From contig MU626270.1 in the NCBI GenBank assembly GCA_025603075.1, forward strand, positions 62,001 to 126,000: a stretch of 64,000 nucleotides of DNA, given 5' to 3'. This stretch comes from Neoconidiobolus thromboides FSU 785 (lineage: Eukaryota; Fungi; Entomophthoromycota). The notes beneath the pieces were generated by a model. It was not told the DNA's origin. It worked only from the letters and a program-made list of their open reading frames with translations, and made no database searches. Shown here one piece after another: positions 53,503 through 64,000 of the stretch; positions within the stretch are counted from its first letter, which is position 1; every line of letters begins with the position of its first letter. The position numbers were made by a program, and so were the translations under genes.

Positions 53503-55162
53503 AATCATTTAAAATATTAAGGATCATATATATTACTTCCAATTTGGGTTACTATCTATATATGCTTAATTTCTAATAAACAATTATTTTATTATAAATT
53601 GCTTACTAATAAACTAGATTTGATAAGGATTTATTATTATTATACGTGTTTTTATATTTATTTTTAATAAATAAGATTAGTTGTTTATAATGACTAAACA
53701 ATGCAGACTAATAACTAAATAACTAGTCTACTTAATTAAATCAAAAGATTATCTATATATACATCATCTATCAATTAAAAAAATTAATATTATGTATAAT
53801 AATAGTTTATGAGTTAATAAATAATAAAACTAATAGTTTATTTTATTTATTAGTTTATGATATTTGAGGTTAAGTTACTATTGTCATTATTTTGTAAAAC
53901 AAAATATATTGTTTATTCTTGAAACACATCCACACCGTTCATTTATTTATTAAACTAGAATTTATCTATCAATTGACATATTCTCTTATAATATTATAAC
54001 TAATGTACATCATACAAGTATTGGTAAATGTCATTTACAATTGAAAACCCCTCAAATAACCCTCATCTTTATCCGATATGTTATATTGTTGAATAAGCTA
54101 TTTATATAACTAAACAAATGATCTTTGGGTCTGGTGGAAATTAATCTTAATAAAGTATAAAAAAATTGATAAATTTTTATTTAATTATTAATCTCCATAG
54201 TCTCAATCTCATAAAGCCTCGCACTTTCTAAACTTCTTTAGAATGTTAACTGAATCTTTTAGGCTAAATAAAGTTGAGGCTCGTTTATTGTCATTAATTT
54301 AATTAATTTACTTAGACGTTTGTTACTCTATTTGAATTGTTTACTTAGTCTTCAAACTATTGTTTATTAAAATAAAATATAGGTTACAGTCTAAAAATAA
54401 TCTATTATTTAATTATTTACTTAAGTCATTATTTTATTAAGAATAAAAAAACTTTAATGAAAATAGAAATTGAATATTTTCAAACGCAATCATCAGTCAT
54501 AAATAATGTGTTAAAATAAACGGTAAGTTTAAGTTCCAATTTAATTTGCATTATTTGTATGAATGAATAAAATATGTAAACAAAATTTTATAATTTTACA
54601 TTTGCTAGTGGATAATGAGTTCATAGATAAATGAAAAGAAGACCATATTAAGATTGATGAAAGACCTGTTTGCTTCCAGAATTTTAAAACTTTGACAAGC
54701 TTAATTTAGTAATTATTAACCAAAGTTAATTGAGTTATGAAATCAATATTTTATTACTGCATTACTTTATTTTTTAAAATAATATTAATAAAAATAAGGT
54801 GGCAAAACAGCTATAGTAGATAACAGTTAAAAAATATTGAAATCATCAGAATGTTTAAATACTTTAAAAAAAGATAAAACGTTTACCCTTACTCCTATAT
54901 ACTTTTAGGCTAATATCATATTTATGTTTAATTAAAGGAAAAACAAGGTAATTAATTGAAATTTATATAGTTATAGTAGAAATATACATTTTACTATTAA
55001 AATGCTTATTTTATGATGATGTTATGATTTACAAATAGGATAAAGTAATAGGGTTAGGATAATTAGTCTTTAGTAACCATAGCTATTGAATCAAAAAGTA
55101 TAAAAGAGATAAAAAATCAATGAGAGTACAATTAAATAATTAACTTAATATATAATTTAATA

Positions 55163-58100
55163 ATGAGTGGAAAAATTGTAGATATTTCAAGTATAAGATT
55201 GTTAGATATTTTAGATCAAAACAGTGGTGAAGAAACTAAAGATAACTGTATTTTAAAATTTTATCAAGAGGATCAATTAATAAATTTAAGTTATTCTAAC
55301 TTTCGAAACTGTGTAAATCATGTTAGTAATAAATTCAAAGGTGTCATTGATAAAGTAAATGTTAATGATAAAGGATTCTGTTCCGTTGGATTCCTTAGTA
55401 ATAGTGATCAACATTACCTTATTAATCTTTTCGCTTTAATGCAATTGAATTTAACCCCTTTAGCCTTATCACCACGTAATTCGGTCCCTATCTTAGTTCA
55501 TTTATTAAAAGAAGCAAAGTGTGATTATTTGTTTTATGATGAGCACTTAAAACACGATGCTGAACAATGTTTGAAAGAATACCCAGAATTAAAAATTCTA
55601 CCTTTGATCAAGTTGAGCGATTATGCTACTATAAATTATGAATCTGTAGAGCCATTAATTAAACTTAATGAAGACCAAGTTAAAGATCATATTGTCCAAA
55701 TCATTCATTCTTCTGGCTCCACTGCTGCTCCTAAACTAAATTATTTGTCCAACACTTATTTCAATCGTATCATCGTCAATGAACGTAAAGTACAGGATGT
55801 TACCAATTTTTTTGGCTTAGGGTTAATATGCGCTCCTTTCTTTCACATTTATGGCTTATCTTTAATTGTACGTGCATTTTTTAATACCAGTAGCATCGGG
55901 TTACCTAGATCTAATCAAAATCCTACCATGGTATTGGAAGACATTCAAACATATAATGCTACTTACTTGATCATGCTCCCTTATTTATTAAAACAGATGA
56001 AAGAGCATTGTGATGATGACAACAAGGCTTGGAGCGTTTTGAGTAAATTGAATGTAATTCAAAGTGGTGGAGCACCCATTCCTAAAGAAGTGGGTGATGA
56101 GTATGTAAACCATAATATTAAAGTTCAATCTTCTTATGGTGCCACTGAAATCGGATGTATCGCTTATAGTTCGATTGAATCACTTACTAAAGATTATAAT
56201 GTACTCATTTTCAATAATCATGTTAATTATAGTATTGTGAACAGAGATGAGATAGAAAATACATGTGAGATTGTGATTGATAAAAATGAATCAATTTTAT
56301 CTAGTTGGGTCATTAAGGATCCAAATGATACAGTATATAATATTGGTGATGTTTATAAAATTATTGAATATAATGAAGAGAAGCATGAATTAAAAGCAGA
56401 AGTGATTGGTAGATGTAATGATACCATTATACACTTAACAGGTGAAAAGACAAACCCGGTTCCCATTGAACAAACAATTATGGATTGTCCTTACGTTGAT
56501 AAATGTTTGGTTTACGGAAGAGGAAAGCTAAATAACTGTTGTCTAATTTCATTGAATTATGATAATATTAAAAAGATTCCATTACTTAAAGTCCATAACT
56601 CTATTTTTGAACAGATTGAGAAAGCCAACCAGGATTGTCCTTCTCACTCTAGAGTATTAACTGATTTAGTTGCTATTTTACCTCTTGAAATGGATAAAGG
56701 ATTTGAGGTTACTGCTAAAGGAAATGTGATTCGTAAAAAAAGTGAAGTGGTGTTTAAAGAGGAAATTGAACAAGTTTATAGACAATTTGAAAGTGAAGAT
56801 GCTGGTATTAATCAAGATGAAGGTATCGAATTGAAAGAGAGTGATAGTTTGATCAATTTAATCCCGTCAATTTTTCAATCTATAACTAACAAACATATTG
56901 ATGTGGATGATAAGTTTTTTGATAATGGCTTAGACTCTTTATCTGCTGTCAAGTTCCGTAACACATTGATTAAAAAAGGCTATAAAGTTAGAGTTAATGA
57001 TTTATATGAGCATGATACTGCTAATAAATTAACAAATTATTTATTAGACAGTAGAGATGATAAGTCAGATACTAAAAATAGTGATGTTCAACCTTTATCT
57101 TATTATCAAAAATTAGTAGATGATTTATTAGAAGAATATAAAGTAGATACTACATTACCTACCAACAAAAGATCTATTGCTCAAAATGATAGCAAATATG
57201 TTCTAGTTACTGGAGCTAATGGCTCTCTTGGTTCATTTATTGTAAATAGTTTAGTACAACGTGATGATGTAGCTAAAGTATATGCCATGGTAAGGGCCAA
57301 GACCAGTGAACAGAGTACTAAGCGTATCCAAGACAGCTTTAGAGACAAAAAGATTGAGCTGACACAACAGCAATATGATAAAATTGAAGCATTGCCATAC
57401 AACAATGAAGATGTCAACTTGGGTTTAAATACTGAACAATTTGAACAAATTCAACAAAATGTAAACGTTGTTTATCATGTAGCTTGGAAGATGGACTTTT
57501 TAAAGGGAGTACTAGACTTTAAAGACTGTATCCAAAGTACAGTTAATTTATTAAGATTATGCGCTATCAGTTCTAAAAAAGCGGCTTTTAATTTCACTTC
57601 TACGGTTGGTGCTACTTTCCCAGTAATCGAAACCGTTGATATTGATGAAAAGCCACTTGGTACTAAGTTAAAAAATGTAAGTTTTTATGAATTTTATGTA
57701 CTAAATCACTAAACTTTAATTTAGGCAAGCGCATGCAATGGCTATAACTTATCTAAATTGTTAAGCGAACAAATATGTTTCAATTGGAGTGGGTATTATG
57801 ACTTTGATTTAGATATTTATAGGGTAGGCCAAATCTCTGGAGATATCTCTAATGGTGTTTGGAATACTAAAGAACACATGCCTTTAATGATAAAAGGGTC
57901 TCAGGTGATGAAAATGATACCAGAAAAGGTCAGTGAAGGGGTATCTTGGATCCCCGTTGATTACGCTGCTAATGGTATGGTAGAGATTTACTTTAACCCA
58001 AAGAATAGTCATAAGAACACAATCTCACACATTGTGAATCCCAAAGTATTCCCTTGGGATCAAGTGATTGAAGCCTTAGCTAAAAGTGGGATCAAATTTT

Positions 58101-58357
58101 CAGTAGTTGAAAATACTCATTTTATCAATGAGTTGAAGAATAATCCAACTTATATGGATGTCGATGTTAACCCATTAGCATCATTAACTGACTTTTTCCA
58201 AGAAGTTTTGACAAATGAAACTCACTCATTCCATATGCTTACAGAAAACACTGTTAAATTATCTGAGTCTATAAAAACTTGTCCTGCTGTGGATCATGTC
58301 TTGTTATCTAAGTATATTCAACACTGGGTTGGCACTGGTTTCTTAGCTCCAGTTTAA
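55163..58357 (+). CDS. NRPS-like adenylation-thiolation-reductase (carboxylic acid reductase-like); intron 57677-57724
   Basis: A domain HSSGSTAAPK, PFFHIYG, SGGAP, SYGATE, GEKTNPVPIE and TAKGNV. PCP FFDNGLDSL. R domain VLVTGANGSLG and GYNLSK (SDR YxxxK, restored by splicing), then RVGQISG. Confidence 0.92.
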
Positions 58358-58867
58358 ATTATTCTACTTCCTCTTTATTATATTTCTTTTCTGCATTTAT
58401 TAAAGGTAGTTTGCTCCTTATGAATTTTGTTATGAGAATTTTTGTTGAATTATTTGAATTTGTATTTTAATAATTTGAGAAGTTTTTGGAATTATTAATG
58501 AGGGATGTTGAATATGATTATTTCTTTGCATTGTAAACATATTATCGAGTTGTTTTTGTCTTCAAATTTTAACTTGAGCCATGCCAAAAGAACTGCAACT
58601 AATTGACTTGATTTAATGTCTTTTTAAGGCCCATTTGATTGGTTGAAACTAGCTATATAGGGCAGGAATTTAGGCTAACCTCAATTCAAAAAAATATATT
58701 AGTACGCTTCTTGATAATAATATGTTAATGAAAGGATGTAATGAATTAAATAGCCTAATTTTTGATATTCACAACCTTAAAAGTTATTTTAATTAAACTT
58801 ATACTATATTTTATGAATAGAGTTTCATTTAAATATTAAAACGCCTAATAATACTAATAAGTATAAA

Positions 58868-58974
58868 ATATGGCAGTGTTTTTTTTGACTTCATTATTTT
58901 TTCCATTTTCTAAGCGCCATTTAAGCGGAAAATTTGTTGGTAAAATTCTTAAACACAAAAATACATCCCCATAT
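58868..58974 (-). mobile_element. MITE copy 12
   Basis: ATAT|GGCAGTGT...ACATCCCC|ATAT. Confidence 0.92.
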
Positions 58975-59848
58975 AGTAGAATAAAAGAATCTAAATAGAC
59001 AAGGTTTTTTCAACTTTATTGATTCAATAATTTTACATTTATTACCCCAATTATTATTAAAAGTCGACAACTTTATATGTTAAATAGTCATTTAAAGCCT
59101 ATACTATTTCTATTAAATGTAACAATTTAGCCAAAAAATTATACTAAAAATAGTTTAAAATCAAGCCTAGCCTTATATATCTTTGCTGGTTTGGTCACCA
59201 TTGTTTGAAACAAATGACCTTATTTTGTTACAAGATCTCCTTCTCCTATACTCTGGATTTTCTTTACCATTTCTAATTGGTTTAATCACCTGTGTTATCG
59301 ATAAACAGTATCATAAAATTGTCATTAATTCTTAACTTGGCCTTAACTTTACCCAAACATATATCTTGAAATAGAAGGTTTCCAAGGAACAGTAATTATT
59401 GTTCTCCTCAATTTGCTTTATTCAGATATAAAAAGGCAAAAAAAATCCTTAGAGAGGACTACTTTGACACTAGAATCTCTATTTTAAATAGCCTTATGCC
59501 TTTCCCTTAAGTGCTGTCAGTATCAAATAGTTAAATTCTCTGTTTTTATCATAAAGAGCGTTATCTTGGAAATGTTTTAAGAAAATGTTGAATTTAGATT
59601 AATAATCAACATAACTTAACTGACAGAATAAAAAAAAAGTTATAAGGTTAAATTCATTGATAAATAATCTGTTACTTATTACTTCAATCCAATATGAAGA
59701 TCTTATCAATTTCATTAAGAACAGCTTTGCCCATGAAACAATACCATGATTAATAAGTAGCAATGATATATCAATTTTATATCTGAACATTGTATTCAAA
59801 CCTAAAAACTTGAAATTTCCTATTTTTAACACCTTAAGCTGTATTCAC

Positions 59849-59954
59849 ATTTGAGTATATATTTTTGTGTTTGAGAATTTTACTAATAATTTTTCCGCCC
59901 AAATAGCGCTTAAAAAATGGAAAAAGTAATGAAGCCAAAAAAACACCCTCATTT
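59849..59954 (+). mobile_element. MITE copy 13 (ATTT target duplication)
   Basis: ATTT|GAGTATAT...ACACCCTC|ATTT. Confidence 0.92.
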
Positions 59955-60249
59955 GTTAATTTAAAATTTCAATTTTTGTGACTTCAAGATTAGTGAAAGG
60001 GAACAATAAATAATAGAACGTTTAAATATAATAAAACAAGTATAAATTTTAAAAATGTGATAGCAAACAAAACACACGTAAAAATTCTAGTAATAGGTCA
60101 TAGACACATACTTTCTTTAAGGTATATAAGTTTGAAAATGATAGTTTAAAATATAAGTTAAAATCATGAATTTTTTAAGAATAATAGTAAGATAGCCTAA
60201 GTTATCTTATCTTAATTATTGACCTTAACAATTTTATTATAATCATATA

Positions 60250-61142
60250 AGAATGCTCTACTATTTAATTACTTCATATCTCCAAAGTGTCGAATATCAA
60301 AAACAAAAGAGATTTCTACATTTAATTCTAAATTAAAACGAAAGTTAAATTGAATTGATATCAATGATGTTGCTATCCGACTTAACTCATCTTGGATCTA
60401 TTGGTATATATTTACAAAATACATCTTAATCGTCTCTATTTCGTTGATGTATAAATTTCCACTGAAATAAATTCTTAACACATTAATTGTTTTAATTCAA
60501 ATAATAACATATAGAGGGATGTTTTTTTTTTTTGCTTCATTACTTTTCCCATCTTTTAAGCGCTATTTACGTTGAAAAATTGTTAGTAAAATTCTTAAAT
60601 ACAAAAATACATCCCCATATATAATAACTAATCCAACTCTGCTATGATAAACACTTTAACTTGAGTTTAATTATCTCTAGATAAACTTAAGATTTGTTTA
60701 TGATATTTGTGATGTATTTTTTATTTTCTTTAAACAAGTTGCATTAAATTTTAACTCAATACTGCCATTGACGTTATCAAAATCTAAATGCTATTAATCT
60801 TATCTCATTATTATTACTATTGGTAATACCCTTATTATATAAAGTACTACCACTGTTATCAACAATGGTAGTATCATTATTATTGTCGCTTTTATTATTA
60901 CTTACATTGTCATTGCTATCCCCTACCTTCAAATAGTACTTCGATACTACATTTGGACAAAAATTCAAATTGCTAATATACATACCATTTATATCTAAAT
61001 GCCTTATAAATGATTCATTTCTATTAGCAGGGTTATCTTGATAACTGTGATATCTATTAAAGTAAGTACCTTGGTTAAAAAATGAAATAATCAGGTTGTA
61101 TTTAACGGTTTTATTAGTAAACTTAAGCAGATGTCTGCTCAA
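60250..61142 (-). pseudogene. Decayed LRR-like ORF relic B, interrupted by MITE copy 14
   Basis: FIRHLDINGMYISNLNFCPNV in ORF 60777-61142. Past the MITE the frame reads NVLRIYF...Q*IQDELSR with an in-frame stop. Confidence 0.35.
60509..60620 (-). mobile_element. MITE copy 14 (inside a decayed ORF)
   Basis: ATAT|AGAGGGATGT...ACATCCCC|ATAT. Confidence 0.9.
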
Positions 61143-62785
61143 AAGAATAAGTCAAATACCTTTAATGAATTTACAAGCTTATATGTTTCATCTGTAGTGA
61201 GACTTCTAATAGATATTCAAATTTCAAAGCCACTTTAAAGCATACATTATAATAGAAGCGGAGCCTGGAATTTAATATAGTAATAAATTTCCTTTCGGAT
61301 TTTAACTAGATAGCTAATATGTAGATATAGGTTTTATCATACTATTTTTTTTAACCAAAAATATAGAAATATAATATAAAATGCTAAAAGAAAAGGCCTT
61401 TGGGTATATAATTTTACAACTAAGCAAATTTATTATTTACTTATAAGGATCAATATATGTAGTTTAGAAGAAGTAGGAATATAACGAAAGCATTACAATT
61501 TAAAATTTTAATAAGGTATAACGCTTAATGTTGATTTTTTTGATTTCTTTGAAAAAAGCTTAAATAGATGCTTTCTAAGGATTATAGACCATTTTTCTAT
61601 AAACCGTTACAAGCTCGTTATAAGATTTTCTTATGCAAACGGAAGGTATTTCGAGAATAACGTATCCAAAGATGCTGGGGATGTGGCAGGGGTATAATTA
61701 TCAAGGCCTCAGATTAAATTTAAAGAATTAACTCTGGGACTCATAGCTCTTATATTAGCAGAATAAAGGAAATTGTCCTTACACTATGATTAAAGTCAAT
61801 TTTTGAAAGATAATTTTAATTATATTGATACTGAAAAATTATACACTTTTTAATTTCAAAAGTATTTTATCTATTGAAAAATACAGTTTTTATCAAGCTT
61901 AGCCAGCCTCATTTAAAAATCATGAATTTTGATGTTGGTTTAGTAACTAGAATTTTGCAGACACTTATCATGAAGCTTAGATAAAAAAATCAAATATTTG
62001 AAATAATTTATTATCAACGATAAGCTTTCTCGTTTCAAGAATATAATTTTATTTTTATTAATGATTAAGGAGCTAAGAATAATGCAAAAAATAGCGCATT
62101 ATAATTTGATTTTATATGAAATTGTATATTTTACGATAATATTCTTTAAGTAAAAAAGTTCTTATGTTAAAATAGCCGCTTTAACCATATTTATTAGGTT
62201 TAAGCTCATGAGTAACAAGGTTAGAGAAGCAGAAATATTGCTATTTTCAAAGCTACAAATTTGCAAAATGACCATTTTAGCTTAATACAGGATAAAGAAG
62301 AATAAGACATCTGAGTATTTATTATATATACCAAATAATAACTTTACATATAAAAATATAATATTGGATTTTTAAATAACTTGTTTTTTTGATAAGGAAA
62401 GAATGGCAAGAGTATAGAATTACAACATAAAATATTTTTACCACAAAGTTTTTTTAAACATTATAACCAGTAACTTTTGTCATTTTTTAATCAAAGCACA
62501 AGTTATTTATGGGAAAACCTAGTAAAAATATGGTATAATCTATCCACCTTTCCTTACGCAACTTATTTCCCCAATTTTTTTAGCTTACTTTCATAGGTGA
62601 AGTTTAAGATTTAAAAATTATTTTAATAATATGCGATTACTTTTATTCTTTTTGACCAAATCTAAAAATAGGCCATTTGTTAAACAGTCAAATTTACCAA
62701 AAAATTTTACTCTATTGTTATGCTCAATATTGAATTGAATCATTAAATTGATAAATAAATAGCGTTTAATTTAACTTTTTATTTT

Positions 62786-64000
62786 ATGGTGTCATTGCCC
62801 TTAATCCTTCAAAACAATCGTACTGATACTAAAAAATTATCCCATAAACGATGTGACCGATGTTATGACAAACATATTAAATGTAGTCGTCAATTACCCT
62901 CATGTAAACAGTGTTTAGAACTACCAAATCAAGTTTGTAAATATGAAAGAGAATTTATAAAAAAAGGAAATCGTCCAAAAGTGTATAATAATTCCATTTC
63001 AGTCATCGATTTAAGGACTGAAGGTAAACCTAGATCTAAAGCAAAAAGCATCATTAATCAGAGCGAAATGATCAATTATAATTTAAATTACTGCAATAAT
63101 GTCGCCATTGATATTACTAGTAATATTACTCGAAGAGCTGCTCTAGTGAATTTAATGACTGTTTTACAGTATCCTTCATTATTTAAGCCAACTAGAGAGT
63201 TACACCTTTTAATGTATTTATCCACAAAATTAGGTATGCTTTTAAAAGTTAAAGCAGTTAAGCCAAAGCCAAGCGAACAACCTGCTGGGAGTATTTTAGA
63301 TATCAATGACCTTATACAAAATGCAATTGGGAAATTTTTTACACATATCAATCTTCATCTTTCTTTATTTACTAAAAACAGTTTTAGAAAGTTACCAAGG
63401 TCTAAACTATTAAAGATGACGATTATAGCAGCTGGATTACAATGGATACCTAAAGGCGATCCGTTAAGAGATAACCTTTATAGCTATTTTGAATACCAAA
63501 TATCAGAGTGTTTAAAGCCAAGTAAAATTGTTTTCAGTTTAGATACGTTTCAGGCACTTTTAATCCTCTTTTATGGGCTTTTTGATGTGTTGTGGGTACA
63601 GAGAAGAGCCTCAATACTATTTAAAATGGCTTTAAGAATATCTCATATCATAGGCTTACCATATCCTGGAAAATTCAGTCACCGACTTTTCGTTGAGAGA
63701 AGAAACGCATATAATGCTTTATTACATATTATTGCATTTTCAAACCTTTTATTAATCCCAATAAATATTCACCCTCCAACTCATACTAGAATGATATTTT
63801 ATAAAAGTAAAGGTCAATGTAGTGATACCTTTTCTCAACTCATCAATTATTCGATCTCTATGTTTAATCCAGTCATCAATGAAGTACTGTCACTTAAGTT
63901 AAAGTGCTCTGAGTCATATGAAGAGGGGTTTAGCACTGAGTTAGGGATACGTCAAATGGCAGGAAGGATAAATAGTACCGCTTATTTTTTAACACAACGA
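62786..64000 (+). CDS. Zn(II)2Cys6 transcription factor, 3'-truncated by the window end (not in the ORF track)
   Basis: ATG at 62786 opens a frame in which I find no stop to 64000. CDRCYDKHIKCSRQLPSCKQCLELPNQVC = C-x2-C-x6-C-x6-C-x2-C-x7-C, followed by a fungal-TF-like middle region (FQALLILFY...MALRISHIIGL). Confidence 0.9.
   Translation, partial: MVSLPLILQNNRTDTKKLSHKRCDRCYDKHIKCSRQLPSCKQCLELPNQVCKYEREFIKKGNRPKVYNNSISVIDLRTEGKPRSKAKSIINQSEMINYNLNYCNNVAIDITSNITRRAALVNLMTVLQYPSLFKPTRELHLLMYLSTKLGMLLKVKAVKPKPSEQPAGSILDINDLIQNAIGKFFTHINLHLSLFTKNSFRKLPRSKLLKMTIIAAGLQWIPKGDPLRDNLYSYFEYQISECLKPSKIVFSLDTFQALLILFYGLFDVLWVQRRASILFKMALRISHIIGLPYPGKFSHRLFVERRNAYNALLHIIAFSNLLLIPINIHPPTHTRMIFYKSKGQCSDTFSQLINYSISMFNPVINEVLSLKLKCSESYEEGFSTELGIRQMAGRINSTAYFLTQR

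Noticed and set aside
10795-60620. Reading the MITE as a Tc1/mariner (TA-TSD) element, or as a CRISPR-like array
   Set aside because: Copies 6 and 13 show AAAT and ATTT direct repeats, which a TA duplication cannot explain. The copies are dispersed kilobases apart in both orientations, with no spacer array or cas genes.
61677-61684. Isolated GGGGATGT matching the MITE terminus
   Set aside because: No AWWT flank, no downstream consensus body and no partner TIR; a chance match.
61480-61790. Coding-like plus-strand fragment (ITLNVDFFDFFEK...SKDAGDVAGV*LSRPQIK...)
   Set aside because: It has an internal stop and no recognisable motif, so it cannot be assigned.

Overview
AT-rich, intron-rich fungal genomic DNA. 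Introns are mostly about 45-60 nt GT..AG. The gene content (OGT, NRDE2, BET, Zn2Cys6) and composition suggest an early-diverging fungus, possibly Entomophthoromycotina (inference). About 18 genes or gene parts: an unidentified 3' gene end, MDV1/CAF4, RGP1, RPT1, a LigE-like GST, a small Kex2/GPI protein, RPL15, a BET/BDF1 protein, a CitT/DiT-type DASS transporter, OGT, NRDE2, hexokinase, MRX11 (FLILHELTA), a HUL4-like HECT ligase, a divergent MAK/Ime2-type kinase, a pair of small Pro-rich paralogs, an A-T-R NRPS-like reductase, and a Zn2Cys6 factor that runs off the end and is absent from the ORF track. The main structure these genes do not explain is a roughly 100-bp TIR element with 14 copies, none inside an intact gene. 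It has GGGG/GAGG..CCCC termini and 4-bp AWWT target duplications (Sola-like MITE), a nested internal hairpin and biased CpG decay. Other highlights are a BRD4-like C-terminal FQS..FEE.L motif in the fungal BET protein, a compensating +1/-1 frameshift that turns a signal peptide into a Cys-rich N-terminus, and a DASS transporter of the bacterial/plastid type. Exon boundaries were read by eye and are approximate.
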